A stretch of 64,000 bases of DNA, taken from positions 1,376,001 through 1,440,000 of the forward strand of contig OZ239628.1 in the NCBI GenBank assembly GCA_965195345.1, given 5' to 3'. The notes beneath the pieces were generated by a model that had not been told where the DNA came from, searched no databases, and worked only from the letters and a program-made list of their open reading frames with translations. Source of the DNA: an uncultured Thiomicrospira sp. (GTDB lineage: Bacteria; Pseudomonadota; Gammaproteobacteria; CAKMZV01). A program made the translations under genes and the position numbers. Positions 28,531-38,628 of the stretch are shown here, piece by piece (the first letter of the stretch is position 1; each line of letters begins with the position of its first letter).

Positions 28531-28878
28531 TTAATCCGACTCTGTAGCTGTATTCAACGTATCGACAAAAGACACATATCGAGGTTTTCCTTTCGAACTG
28601 AATCCTTTATGTTTGTATTCAATTACACTGCTAATCGGTGGCGGATTTCTACGTTCATCCATAGAAAACCCTACACTTATTTTAAAAACGCCGTGTTTTT
28701 CATTACGCACTGTGATTGACCCCAACATACCATCATACTTTCCTTTGCCTTTATGGTGCTGCATTACTGTAGCTGTTTCAATTTGTCGAACCTCCTCCTC
28801 TGCGGAACCAATCCCCAGAAACAATGTTGCCAACAAAAATAATCCAACATTTAACACTTTTTTCGTATGAATCTTCAT
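28531..28878 (-). CDS. Signal peptide fused to a stand-alone ATP-dependent DNA ligase (Lig E-type) OB domain
   Basis: GKGKYDGMLGSI..FKISVGFSMDERRNPPPISSVIEYKHKG..KGKPRYVSF resembles the Lig E C-terminal OB domain; Sec signal ending GSA; RBS GGAGG. Confidence 0.72.
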   Translation of the reverse strand: MKIHTKKVLNVGLFLLATLFLGIGSAEEEVRQIETATVMQHHKGKGKYDGMLGSITVRNEKHGVFKISVGFSMDERRNPPPISSVIEYKHKGFSSKGKPRYVSFVDTLNTATESD

Positions 28879-29001
28879 ATTAACCTCCAGTTAATAAATT
28901 ACAAAATAAAGTGTTAAATTCTAATCCTTGACGAGCGGACTCACTGGTTACAAGTTTGCAACCATCGTGTCCTAATACTGTAGTGATTTTTGTTAGAAGT
29001 G

Positions 29002-29916
29002 CTATTTAAAATAGCGATTAATGAGACTAGCCAATAGATCAGAGTTATCGTAAGGAATAATAATTTCTCCACCGCCATTTTTCCGTTGTTTTATACGAAC
29101 GTTCAATGAGGTGCTCATGCGAATTTGTTGCTGAATTTTTTTAATATCCGCATCAGTGGTAGTCGGAATTTCAGACTGTACAGATTCCGGCTCCGTTGAA
29201 TGAATAAACTGTTTAACCGCCTGCTCTGTTTGTCGTGCGGACAATTTTTTTTCCATTATTTTACTTACAAAATCTTTTTGTTGCTCCATCGAAAGCGTCA
29301 ACAAAGGACGTACATGTCCCATTTTTAATTGTCCATCACGAACTTTTTGTTTCACACTCGCCTCAAGATCAAGTAAACGGAGTATGTTAGTGATGGCTGA
29401 GCGGGATTTACCCAATGATCTTGCAATTTCCTCATGCGTTAGGTGATAGCTATTAGACAGCTTTTGGATAGCTTCAGCCTCTTCAATAGCATTAAGGTCT
29501 TCACGTTGCAAATTTTCGACCAACGCAACAGCAAGAATGGTACGTTCATCCAAATCATCACGCACTATGACCGGAATAGTTGACACTCCTGCTAATTGAG
29601 CAGCACGCCATCGCCGTTCTCCTGCGATTATTTCATACTTCTCACCATCGGAACGAACAGTAATGGGTTGAATCACTCCCTGAGAACGGATGGAATCTGA
29701 AAGACGCTCAAGAGCTTCTTCGTTAAATTGGCGACGAGGTTGGTTTATACTCGGGTATATTCGATCCAAAGAAACATGCTGACTTAGAGATTGATTATTA
29801 GAAGTTGCAAGCGATTTCTGAACATTCCCAAACTGAGCTTCGTCGCTTAATTTAGTGCGCTGTGTGGGCTTAAGTAGGCTGTCAAGCCCGCGCCCCAATC
29901 CTCCAATTTTATTCAT
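29002..29916 (-). CDS. parB: Chromosome partitioning protein ParB (likely start ATG 29916)
   Basis: GLGRGLDSL, NQPRRQF, IIAGERRWRAA, ENLQREDL, HTH. Confidence 0.96.
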   Translation of the reverse strand: MNKIGGLGRGLDSLLKPTQRTKLSDEAQFGNVQKSLATSNNQSLSQHVSLDRIYPSINQPRRQFNEEALERLSDSIRSQGVIQPITVRSDGEKYEIIAGERRWRAAQLAGVSTIPVIVRDDLDERTILAVALVENLQREDLNAIEEAEAIQKLSNSYHLTHEEIARSLGKSRSAITNILRLLDLEASVKQKVRDGQLKMGHVRPLLTLSMEQQKDFVSKIMEKKLSARQTEQAVKQFIHSTEPESVQSEIPTTTDADIKKIQQQIRMSTSLNVRIKQRKNGGGEIIIPYDNSDLLASLINRYFK

Positions 29917-30055
29917 GATTTTGACTCCAGAAGTCAGTTTTAACAAAACTATAAAAGTTTTTTGAGCAATAAATATGCATTTTAATCTTTTAAATCTCTT
30001 AAATCTTTAAAATAAAAAGTTCTGCCGCAACTTTTTCAGAATTTTATTTATTATT

Positions 30056-30823
30056 TTAAATGATACGTTTCTTCATCAATTCGGAAGCAACAGTCATATA
30101 GGCAATCGACCCCGAGGCCTCTATATCATAGTCAATAGCTGCTTGTCCGTGACTGGGTGCTTCTGCAAGTCGTATATTGCGTGGCACAAGGCTGGTTAAG
30201 ACTTTACTTGAAAAATACTTGAATAATTGGTTAGACACATCTCTGGATAATTTTGACCGACGGTCGTACATTGTCCGCATAACAGCACTAACTTCTAAGT
30301 TAGGATTAAACTCAGAACGCACTCCTTCAATTGTATTGATTAAGCCACTGAGCCCTTCCAGAGAATAGTATTCGCACTGCACTGGAATAATAACACCAGT
30401 CGATGCGACCAATGCGTTCAGCGTCAACAAATTTAAAGTTGGAGGGGTATCAATTAAGATCAAGTCGTAACGGTTTTCAGGTATTTGATTCAATGCCATG
30501 CGCAAACGGCTTTCTCGTTGATCCATATTAACAAGTGCTAATTCAGATTCGGTTAAATTTGCATCTGAAGGTAGTAGAGAAAAATTAGTGTTTTCAGGTT
30601 GAACAATGGCCTGATTAATATTGCATTGACCAAGCATCACTTCATTGGAAGTAAGGCTGAGCGAATATTTCTCTAATCCGCATCCTGAAGTGGCATTGCC
30701 TTGCGGATCAAAGTCAATAAGTAACACACGTTTTTTGCGCAGAGAGAAAGCAGCGCTTAAATTCACAGCAGTAGTGGTCTTACCTACGCCGCCCTTTTGA
30801 TTGCTAATTGAAATTATCTTCAT
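30056..30823 (-). CDS. parA: Chromosome partitioning ATPase ParA/Soj (likely start ATG 30823)
   Basis: NQKGGVGKTTT, DPQGNA, PVQCEYYSLEG, RLAEAPSHG. Confidence 0.97.
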   Translation of the reverse strand: MKIISISNQKGGVGKTTTAVNLSAAFSLRKKRVLLIDFDPQGNATSGCGLEKYSLSLTSNEVMLGQCNINQAIVQPENTNFSLLPSDANLTESELALVNMDQRESRLRMALNQIPENRYDLILIDTPPTLNLLTLNALVASTGVIIPVQCEYYSLEGLSGLINTIEGVRSEFNPNLEVSAVMRTMYDRRSKLSRDVSNQLFKYFSSKVLTSLVPRNIRLAEAPSHGQAAIDYDIEASGSIAYMTVASELMKKRII

Positions 30824-31434
30824 GCTATAGAGCGACTTATACAAATTAAGTTGCGTTCGCCAAGTTCGGCGGGAACTTTCAGGGGAATGATTTCTTGTGC
30901 GTAATTTTTCAGAACATTGGTTGGCTTAACAGCTCCTTTCATACACAGAATTCTACCTCCTTCTGCGCACACAGGCATGCAAAACCGCACTAAATTACTC
31001 AAATTTGAAACAGCTCGACAAATAATCTGAGGAAAAGTTTGCTTTTTTGCTAATGACTCAATACGATCATTTATAACTTCAATATTATGTAACTTTAGCT
31101 CACGTGCTACGTGCCTTAAAAAACGGCACTTTTTACCATTACTATCAAGCAAAGTAAATTCTTGGTTCGAATGCATAATTGCTAAAGGAACTCCAGGAAG
31201 ACCTGCTCCTGAACCAAAGTCAAGCGTTGGTTTTCCCCCCACATATTCTAGTACGCTTAAGCTATCGATAATATGATAATTCACCATCTTATCAAAACAA
31301 GTAATTGCTGTTAGATTGTATATTTTATTCCACTGCCCTAACATATTGAGATAGTCAACAATTTGACTTTTCTGTTTGTCATTAATCAAAATGTTTTGTT
31401 TATTAAGCGCATTTTCAAGTAATAACTCTTGCAC
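30820..31434 (-). CDS. rsmG: 16S rRNA m7G527 methyltransferase
   Basis: WNKIYNLTA, HIIDSL, DFGSGAGLPG, LDSNGKK. Confidence 0.96.
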   Translation of the reverse strand: MQELLLENALNKQNILINDKQKSQIVDYLNMLGQWNKIYNLTAITCFDKMVNYHIIDSLSVLEYVGGKPTLDFGSGAGLPGVPLAIMHSNQEFTLLDSNGKKCRFLRHVARELKLHNIEVINDRIESLAKKQTFPQIICRAVSNLSNLVRFCMPVCAEGGRILCMKGAVKPTNVLKNYAQEIIPLKVPAELGERNLICISRSIA

Positions 31435-31445
31435 AATATTTGATA

Positions 31446-33329
31446 TTATTCTGCAAGTACTGATGAATGACGCTTAATAGCCACCAGCAGTATCGAAATG
31501 GCTGCTGGCGTAACTCCTGAAATGCGCGACGCTTGGCCAATGGTTTGAGGACGAGTTTCCATAAGCTTCTGAAGAACCTCATTTGACAAACCTTTTACAG
31601 ATTCATATTTGAACTGCTCGGGTATTCTTTGATTAGAATGATGAAGTTGCTTATCGATTTCCATTTGCTGACGTTTGATATAGCCTGCATATTTAATTTC
31701 TGATTCAACTTGTCTCGTAATTGTTCTTGCCAATGCCGGATCAGTAAATTCTGGTAAGCAACAAAAATCTTGATAATTGAAATCGGGACGCTTGAGTAAC
31801 TCTTCAAAGCTAACATCTTTGGTGATGGCATCGCCAAATAATTTTTTAGCCTTGTCGCTTAAATTTTCCGGATGTACTCTAATTGATCGAAGACGTTTTC
31901 TTTCTTGTTCGATTTTTTGCCATTTTTTCTCAAAAGTGCGCATCCGAAAATCACTGACCAACCCAAGTTTATAGCCAATTTCTGTAAGACGCGCATCCGC
32001 ATTATTCTCACGTAATAACAACCGATATTCTGCGCGCGAAGTAAACATACGATAAGGTTCTTTTGTTCCGTTTGTAATCAAATCATCCACCAAAACCCCA
32101 AGATACGCTTCGTTTCGCTCTGGAACCCAACAATCTTGTTGCTTCACTTTAAGTGATGCATTTAAACCAGCTAACAAACCTTGTGCGGCGGCTTCTTCAT
32201 AGCCTGTAGTACCATTGATTTGACCAGCAAAGAACAGTCCATCTATATTGATTAACTCAAGAGAATTTTTTAATTGCCTTGGATCAAAAAAATCGTATTC
32301 AATTGCATAACCGGGCTGGGTAATAACTGCATTTTCTAATCCTTTTATAGAATGAAGCATACGCAATTGAATGTCTACTGGCAGGCTGGTTGATATTCCA
32401 TTTGGATAAATATCATTTGAGTTCAATCCCTCAGGCTCGATGAATACTTGATGAGATTCTCGATCCGAAAAGCGTACCACCTTGTCTTCTATTGATGGGC
32501 AGTATCTGGGGCCTACACCATCAATTTGTCCACTGTATATAGGCGATTGATTGAGGCTTTGTTGTATCAGTTCATGCGTTTGAATATTAGTATGAGTAAT
32601 ATAACAACTTACTTGTTCAGGGTGATCATCCGCACTGCCAATAAACGAAAAAACTGGCCGAGGATTATCCCCAGCTTGCTCAGTCATCTGACTGAAATCA
32701 ACGCTCCTTTTATCAATCCGTGGAGGCGTCCCAGTTTTTAATCGCCCAAATGACAAATTCAAATCACGCAAATAGTTAGCAAGAGTAATTGATGGTCTAT
32801 CTCCAACCCTTCCAGCAGAGTGATTGTCAGAACCAAGGTGAATTTTTCCGTTCAAAAAAGTACCCGCAGTTAAAATCACGCATTGTGCAGTGAAAGTCAC
32901 TTTCTCTTCGGTAACAACTCCTTTTATTTCATTATTTTTTATTATTAACTTTTCAACCGCCCCTTCAACGATTGTTAAATTTTCAGTTTCCTCAAGTGCA
33001 GAACGAATAAAATTTTTATAGAGTAGGCGATCAGTTTGCGCTCTGGTGGCTTGAACCGCTGTGCCTTTACTGGCATTTAAAGTGCGAAAGTGAATGCCTG
33101 CATGGTCAGCCGCACGCCCCATCAATCCACCCAGTGCATCGATTTCTTTAACCAAATGCCCCTTGCCAATACCGCCTATGGCTGGATTACAACTCATTTG
33201 TCCTATTGAATCAATTTTATGGGTTAGTAATAGAGTATTTATACCCATGCGCGCAGAGGCCGAGGCGGCCTCAGTTCCAGCGTGACCACCGCCAATAACA
33301 ATTGCTTGAAATTGATGTTTTTGAAGCAT
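31446..33329 (-). CDS. mnmG: tRNA uridine-5-carboxymethylaminomethyl modification enzyme
   Basis: [47 protein letters not shown]. Confidence 0.98.
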   Translation of the reverse strand: MLQKHQFQAIVIGGGHAGTEAASASARMGINTLLLTHKIDSIGQMSCNPAIGGIGKGHLVKEIDALGGLMGRAADHAGIHFRTLNASKGTAVQATRAQTDRLLYKNFIRSALEETENLTIVEGAVEKLIIKNNEIKGVVTEEKVTFTAQCVILTAGTFLNGKIHLGSDNHSAGRVGDRPSITLANYLRDLNLSFGRLKTGTPPRIDKRSVDFSQMTEQAGDNPRPVFSFIGSADDHPEQVSCYITHTNIQTHELIQQSLNQSPIYSGQIDGVGPRYCPSIEDKVVRFSDRESHQVFIEPEGLNSNDIYPNGISTSLPVDIQLRMLHSIKGLENAVITQPGYAIEYDFFDPRQLKNSLELINIDGLFFAGQINGTTGYEEAAAQGLLAGLNASLKVKQQDCWVPERNEAYLGVLVDDLITNGTKEPYRMFTSRAEYRLLLRENNADARLTEIGYKLGLVSDFRMRTFEKKWQKIEQERKRLRSIRVHPENLSDKAKKLFGDAITKDVSFEELLKRPDFNYQDFCCLPEFTDPALARTITRQVESEIKYAGYIKRQQMEIDKQLHHSNQRIPEQFKYESVKGLSNEVLQKLMETRPQTIGQASRISGVTPAAISILLVAIKRHSSVLAE

Positions 33330-33418
33330 ATTAAAATTATATTAGGCGTATGTAATTAAGAGGTCAAATTATACTTTTATTTCCTCTTATTTACGAGGGT
33401 TTAGATGCACCTACCTTT

Positions 33419-33715
33419 TCAGAAATAGCACTTCATTAAATTACGATGATACCCATCTGGACGCTCCACTTTAAGTATTGCATAGGACTTTGACAATTTA
33501 AATGCACCTATTAGTGCACCGATACAAAAGCCTAATGCAAAAGCGATGCCATAAGGATTAACTGGGAAAGCGAGTAACTTGCATACTACACCAGTAAATA
33601 ATCCCAACAAAGCACCACCAAATAGCCCTGATATAAATGTAATAACTCCTAATTCTTCGACTAAACAGTTATTAAAAACGGAGGAGAATTTTTTTAATAA
33701 ATGACTTTGAGGCAT
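33419..33715 (-). CDS. ICE conjugative-transfer membrane protein, TIGR03750/DUF3487-like (possibly degenerate)
   Basis: EELG + two Gly-rich TMs + LKVERPDGY; follows the RAQPRD remnant. Confidence 0.55.
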   Translation of the reverse strand: MPQSHLLKKFSSVFNNCLVEELGVITFISGLFGGALLGLFTGVVCKLLAFPVNPYGIAFALGFCIGALIGAFKLSKSYAILKVERPDGYHRNLMKCYF

Positions 33716-33717
33716 TT

Positions 33718-34047
33718 TTAAACAATTTCGTCTAAATAGCCATAGCCAACATAAGCAATGATAACAATATGCAGTGGCGAAATATCTCGAGGTTTTGAGC
33801 GAACATCGTCCAAATACTGACGTATGCCTTCATCGATCAAAATTAAATCAGATTGAAGCGACTTAAAGTCAAACTGTCTTTGCGATTGATCTGATTTTGC
33901 TGTTTGTGAGAACTCTTCAACTCTTTGAATTAAGTGACAAATATCCTTTCAAAGATACCTGATACTTTCTTTTGTATCGACCTTAAGCGCTGAAGTGGTC
34001 AAACAAAACACTATAAAGAGTTGTATGTTTAGTATGTGTTTTAGCAT
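33718..34047 (-). pseudogene. Frameshifted RAQPRD-family ICE protein
   Basis: Signal-like MLKHILNIQLFIVFCLTTSA in one frame; FDFKSLQSDLILIDEGIRQYLDDVRSKPRDISPL in another (cf. FDY.RL..DL.....GI..YL...RAQPRD). Confidence 0.7.
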
Positions 34048-34112
34048 GGTGACATACTATACAATCTCGAAAACGCAGAAACTAAAAGATCAATGTTTTA
34101 GTATTGGAAAAG

Positions 34113-34375
34113 TGTAGATGCACCCAACACATCAGGTTTATCGCGTTTAATACGCCGCTTAGGTTTGATTCGTAGTTTGGCGCGCCATTTATAGAATTGA
34201 GCCAAATTCATCCCATGTTCTCGATACAATTCGAGAACAAGTATGCCTGCTTGATCTTATTTGAGTATTGCCAATATTTAACTGTCTGAATATCTTGATT
34301 TGCGCATAGAAAACTTCTATCTTGCTATTGTAGAATTTTCTACTCATCCCACAACTTCTTCTTTTGGGCATTACA
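34113..34375 (-). pseudogene. IS3-family insertion-sequence remnant
   Basis: From ATG 34307: MRKSRYSDS*ILAILK*DQAGILVLELYREHGMNLAQFYKWRAK (OrfA HTH, two stops), joined to LRIKPKRRIKRDKP (OrfB fragment); possible TG-start left end at 34375. Confidence 0.8.
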
Positions 34376-34440
34376 ATTTGTTCGTTCGTTTGCTAAAGCA
34401 TGAATTACTTGTACTGCTCATTTTCCATCTTAACTCGTAT

Positions 34441-34510
34441 ACCTAACGCTTGAGCCCATCTTGCATTTTGCAGCGTAGTGGAAAATGTCAGGTGCAGAGA
34501 TTTCCTATGC
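34441..34510 (-). other. attC-like site after the R-M module
   Basis: Minus strand: GCATAGG (contains the REase stop), AAATCTCTGCACCTGACATTTT...CAAAATGCAAGATGGGCTCAAGC, GTTAGGT; 70-bp imperfect hairpin. Confidence 0.72.
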
Positions 34511-35218
34511 GTTTTTTAGCCTTTTTATCTCAACTTTAATTTTTTCTAAAACATCTTCATTAACAATTTTTTTTGTATTTCCTGTTCGTTTTGAAAATAC
34601 AACAAATACTTTGCCACCAAATTTTTTTTCAAAATTTTGAAAACTTGCACTCATTCTATCTGTTATATCATAATTCCCGAAATTTGCATTTGCGGTAATT
34701 GGCTTAATTTGTATTCCGAAAGCTTTATTACCAATTTTCCCGATGTAATCAATATCACCAGCGTGATCAAGCTCGGGGTCACTTTCTTCAAATTCAACTT
34801 CAGGAAATATTTTAGAAAGCCCGTCATTAATTACTGATTTTTCAAGTAAAAACCCATCATAAGTGCGTGCAATCGTAACTTCATAAATGTAATCTTTACA
34901 ATCTTGTAACGTTAATTCTTTAAAAGCTTCTGTCCATTCTGGGATAACTACTTCCGTAACCTTTGCATATAATCTTTCTCCAAGTTCTTCTAATGTTTCC
35001 TTTGTTACTTTGACACTATCTTTCTTCTTGGTATATGCTTTTTCAAAATAGAATTTTTCCCATTCATCAAGTGCTTTTGGTTGACAGTCTCTAATTAATG
35101 CCATAACGGCACCAACTTTATTTGGCCTTGTAAGTTGGTAGGTATTACTTGTATAATTTAGTACTTTTTCCTTTTTTCCAAAAGGTTTTGCGTATTTTTT
35201 AATTTGTTTTTTACTCAT
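34505..35218 (-). CDS. MjaI-family type II restriction endonuclease
   Basis: LTRPNKVGAVMALIR, EW...Y, RTYDG, D.DYIGKIG..AFGIQIKP (PD-(D/E)XK variant); in an operon with an MTase. Confidence 0.78.
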   Translation of the reverse strand: MSKKQIKKYAKPFGKKEKVLNYTSNTYQLTRPNKVGAVMALIRDCQPKALDEWEKFYFEKAYTKKKDSVKVTKETLEELGERLYAKVTEVVIPEWTEAFKELTLQDCKDYIYEVTIARTYDGFLLEKSVINDGLSKIFPEVEFEESDPELDHAGDIDYIGKIGNKAFGIQIKPITANANFGNYDITDRMSASFQNFEKKFGGKVFVVFSKRTGNTKKIVNEDVLEKIKVEIKRLKNA

Positions 35219-35535
35219 CTTTTATTATCCCAGTTTTGTTGTAAAGCATTTGCTCTTCTTCTCACTCCTTTTGCTCTAGTGTTTAACTGATTTATTACTC
35301 TATTTAATTCTTGTTCATTTATGATAATCCAATAACCTTTTCTAAACATTAAACTGCCTATTAAAGAACCATGATTAAAAATCATATCTCGTATTAAATC
35401 TCTGACATGCTCATTTGTTGGGCCACCACTATCTAAATTTAAAGCATTTCGTATTTCCGTAGAAGATTTTCTATTGTCATAACCAACTGCATGCCGATTT
35501 AAGTAGCGTAGTATTTCCTGTTGTTCTTCATTCAT
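35215..35535 (-). CDS. Small winged-helix-like protein inside the R-M operon
   Basis: ILRYL...KSSTEIRNAL...EHVRDLIRDMI...IGS...GYWII pattern; ATGA-type overlaps with both neighbours. Confidence 0.65.
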   Translation of the reverse strand: MNEEQQEILRYLNRHAVGYDNRKSSTEIRNALNLDSGGPTNEHVRDLIRDMIFNHGSLIGSLMFRKGYWIIINEQELNRVINQLNTRAKGVRRRANALQQNWDNKR

Positions 35536-36824
35536 AATTGGGCTTCTTTAGAATAATTTACAAATCGGTCTTTATTTTTAAAATTTATGGTCTTGTCCAC
35601 ATCTGCAAAACCATTTTTTATTAGATGAGCATTGAGAAATGTTTTATTTTTTAAATACAAATAAACGAGAAGATTATTTTCTTCATCGTGTTTGGTTTCA
35701 TCATATTTTAAAAATACTTTTTGTCCTTTTGTTTTAAGTTTCAAAAACTCAATAGCTTTGCCGTTGGCTTCCTTTTTTTCTTTAACCCCAATTAGTCGGA
35801 CGATTAAATCATTATTTAATTTTATCAATTCAGGGCTTATTATTTCTTTTACCGAAAAATAGTCTTCTCGTTTGGTTGAACCATTTTGGTCAATTTTAGA
35901 ACCAAATTGTAATTTTTTAGGGTCTATTTTTTTGTCAAATTTATGAAAGTCTTTGAAAATATACGGAAATTTTTCTATCTCACTTTTAAAATCAACATCT
36001 AATTGCTCTTGTTTTAAAAATTTATAATCTAATTTATTAAATATTCCACCTTGATTTATTTCTAATTTTCTTTCAATATAAGGGATAAATTCAGGATTTA
36101 TTTCATATCCAACTGAATTTCGGTTTAAATTTCTTGCGGCGAGTGAAGTCGTTCCACTTCCAAGAAATGGATCAAGAACAGTATCTCCAACAAATGAAAA
36201 CATTTTTATTAATCTTTTTGGCAATTCCTCTGGGAACATTGCTATATGCCCATCTTGTCTAACTCCACCAAAGTCCCAATGACCATCAAAATATGTTTTC
36301 CACTCTTCTTTGGTCATTTTGGATCGCTCTTTTAGTTCTCTATTTGGTTTTATAGGAGTTCCAAGTTTTTTAAACAATAGAATAAATTCGTAATTAATTG
36401 ATAGAATGCCGTTTCTTGGCGTTGGATAACTACCCATCAAAGAAGCCCCACCAGTTGTATTTGAAGTTGTTTTTTTTCTCCATATGATAGCTCCCATATA
36501 GTCAAAGCCAATAGCTTCACAGAATTTTATTATTTCTGTTCTGATTGGTATTACTTTATATCTACCATAATAAACAGCTCTTGCGAATTGATCACCGATA
36601 TTAACGCATAAACGACACCCATTATTTAAAACTCTGTAACTTTCTTTCCAAACAAGATTTAAGTTGTTAATATATTCTTCATAACTGTCGTTATATCCAA
36701 TTTGAGTTTCTGTTCCGTAATCTTTTAATTGCCAATATGGCGGTGAAGTTATAACCAAATCAACCGACTTATTTTTCAATTCAGCCATACTACGGCTGTC
36801 TCCATTTATAATTTTATGTCTCAT
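35532..36824 (-). CDS. N4-cytosine/N6-adenine DNA methyltransferase (beta class) with C-terminal thermonuclease-like domain
   Basis: VITSPPY precedes VLDPFLGSGTT; C-terminal VRLIGV...GQKVFLKYD....LLVYLYL...FLNAHLIKNGFA (SNase-like). Confidence 0.9.
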   Translation of the reverse strand: MRHKIINGDSRSMAELKNKSVDLVITSPPYWQLKDYGTETQIGYNDSYEEYINNLNLVWKESYRVLNNGCRLCVNIGDQFARAVYYGRYKVIPIRTEIIKFCEAIGFDYMGAIIWRKKTTSNTTGGASLMGSYPTPRNGILSINYEFILLFKKLGTPIKPNRELKERSKMTKEEWKTYFDGHWDFGGVRQDGHIAMFPEELPKRLIKMFSFVGDTVLDPFLGSGTTSLAARNLNRNSVGYEINPEFIPYIERKLEINQGGIFNKLDYKFLKQEQLDVDFKSEIEKFPYIFKDFHKFDKKIDPKKLQFGSKIDQNGSTKREDYFSVKEIISPELIKLNNDLIVRLIGVKEKKEANGKAIEFLKLKTKGQKVFLKYDETKHDEENNLLVYLYLKNKTFLNAHLIKNGFADVDKTINFKNKDRFVNYSKEAQL

Positions 36825-37123
36825 TTTAAAATCTATTCTTTCTTCGTCTTTATTTATCCCGTCTTTACATTTAAAGATTAATCATCGCACTTATTTTACT
36901 ATTATTGTTTGTTATACGCGCTTTAGAAAAAGTCATTGAAGGCGGGGGGAACCTGCCTCTATTCTTTGAGATAATGGTACTGAATATATTGTATACCACA
37001 CCTTAGCCGTCACACTTAAAAGTAGAGGTTTCTCCTGTTAAGTTATAACAACGACGCGACTGTTTTACCATAATTCATTGTATCTAGTCAGTAAAGGTAG
37101 GCTAGGTACTAATTAATATGGCC

Positions 37124-37384
37124 TTATAGATACTTCTTAAACCATTTCCCCATCATATACACACTAATCCCTACAAGCGTATATGCAGGTATAAAAAACC
37201 ATAATGGATTCACCGATACTGGTGAAGAGAGGTACAAGAACATAATCAAATAAATGGACCGAGGTCGAGCAATATGCTTATTGATGTGAAATAGCCATGC
37301 AGATTCTCTGCTTTTAGCATAACGTCTCAATGTCCTCTCGACTAAGCCGTCTGCAAATGCCACTACGACTAGCGGCTTGTACAA
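37124..37384 (-). pseudogene. C-terminal remnant of ICE membrane protein TIGR03747/DUF4400
   Basis: ADGLVERTLRRY..SRES..FH...LYLSSPVSVNP...FKKYL, the characteristic C-terminus; N-terminal part missing. Confidence 0.78.
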
Positions 37385-37480
37385 TATCCAATATTACTGG
37401 CTTCACACAGCGAGATTTTCAGCGCATTAACATTCTCATTTTATATTTACTGGAATAACTCTATAAACCGACTACAGCCG

Positions 37481-38596
37481 TTAAATTTCTTGTTGCGTGG
37501 CGCAGTGAACACTGCCACCACCCGATGCAATGCCATCAATAGAAATTTGTTCAACAACGCGACTTGGAAATGCTTTTTCCAATACCTTCTTGGCCTGAAG
37601 ATCAACGAACTCATCACCAAATTTCTGCATAATAATGGCGCCATTACAAACGTAATAGCCAATATATCCTGCCGCAAAATCTCTTATGCCAAAATCTTCA
37701 TTAACAATCGAGGGAGTGTCTAATATCAATAATTTCAAAGGAACCCCGTCAGCATCTGTGCTGCGACGTAATATTGCTATATTTTCTCTGGTGACTTGAT
37801 AATCAAAAAAGTCTGGATCATTTTCTCTACTTACCGCTACTACTCCTTTGCGGACAAAGCGGGCATAAAAGTCAGTGTGTCCATCTGTAATGTCTTTTCC
37901 TTTAATACCTTCAAGCCATATTATTTTTCGCAAGCCGAGTAACTCTTTTAACTCATTTTCTATTTCATCTTGAGAATAAGCGGGATTGCGATTATCATTC
38001 AACACGCAACTCTTAGAAATTATGGCACTACCGTGACCGTCAACTTCAAAGCAACCTCCTTCTAATGTAAGGCGACTTTTTTGTAAAATTGCACCTACGC
38101 GCTTAGTAATAAACGCAGCAACTTTTTCGTCTTTTTTATGCTCTTGCTTGTTTCCCCAACCATTGAAATTAAAATCAATACCGACCTTTTCTCCTTTATT
38201 ATTTCTCACAAAAGTTGGTCCTATGTCACGCAACCATAAATCATCAATTGGAAATGGAATGAGCTCAATAGAATAGCGTCGCTTTTCTAAACTGCGCAAC
38301 ATCTCTGCTGCTTCTTGATACTCATGTTTATTAACAAGCATAGCGACTGGTTCGTATTTTGCAATAGTATCCGCCACGTGGATAAGATCTTTTTTTACCT
38401 GAGGGATTTGCTTTGTTGACCAGATATAGTCATTAGCAACAAATGCCATCCATGTCCTGCGATGTGGACCACTCTCTTCAGGCATGACTAACTTTATATT
38501 CTTCTTGTGCTGTGTGGAAATGTTAGAAGCGAAGGATTGAGCCCCAAACAGCATCAATGCAGAAGACATTTTTATAAATTTTCTTCTTTCAATCAT
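37481..38596 (-). CDS. Agmatine/peptidylarginine deiminase with Tat signal
   Basis: ERRKFIK Tat motif; MPEE..PH, DDLWLRDIGP, LEGG, TDGHTD, GGGSVHCATQQ. Confidence 0.9.
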   Translation of the reverse strand: MIERRKFIKMSSALMLFGAQSFASNISTQHKKNIKLVMPEESGPHRRTWMAFVANDYIWSTKQIPQVKKDLIHVADTIAKYEPVAMLVNKHEYQEAAEMLRSLEKRRYSIELIPFPIDDLWLRDIGPTFVRNNKGEKVGIDFNFNGWGNKQEHKKDEKVAAFITKRVGAILQKSRLTLEGGCFEVDGHGSAIISKSCVLNDNRNPAYSQDEIENELKELLGLRKIIWLEGIKGKDITDGHTDFYARFVRKGVVAVSRENDPDFFDYQVTRENIAILRRSTDADGVPLKLLILDTPSIVNEDFGIRDFAAGYIGYYVCNGAIIMQKFGDEFVDLQAKKVLEKAFPSRVVEQISIDGIASGGGSVHCATQQEI

Positions 38597-38628
38597 ATGA
38601 ATCCATGCATTAATAAATGAGCCTATTT

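Larger units (their letters stand above)
33419..37384 (-). mobile_element. Decayed ICE fragment (PFGI-1/ICEHin1056-type conjugation genes) with R-M cargo
   Basis: TIGR03747-like, RAQPRD-like and TIGR03750-like remnants in their expected order on one strand, with cargo between the first two. Confidence 0.7.

Noticed and set aside
33330-34100. oriC upstream of mnmG, as in E. coli and Vibrio
   Set aside because: No cluster of DnaA boxes (TTATCCACA) or dense GATC sites was seen; the interval is explained by ICE remnants.
34189-34371. 60-aa ORF from the track
   Set aside because: It is an alternative frame over the IS3 OrfA pseudogene.
37040-37130. Additional attC after the TIGR03747 remnant
   Set aside because: End boxes are plausible but there is no convincing internal L-box symmetry, and the upstream ORF is an ICE core gene rather than a cassette.
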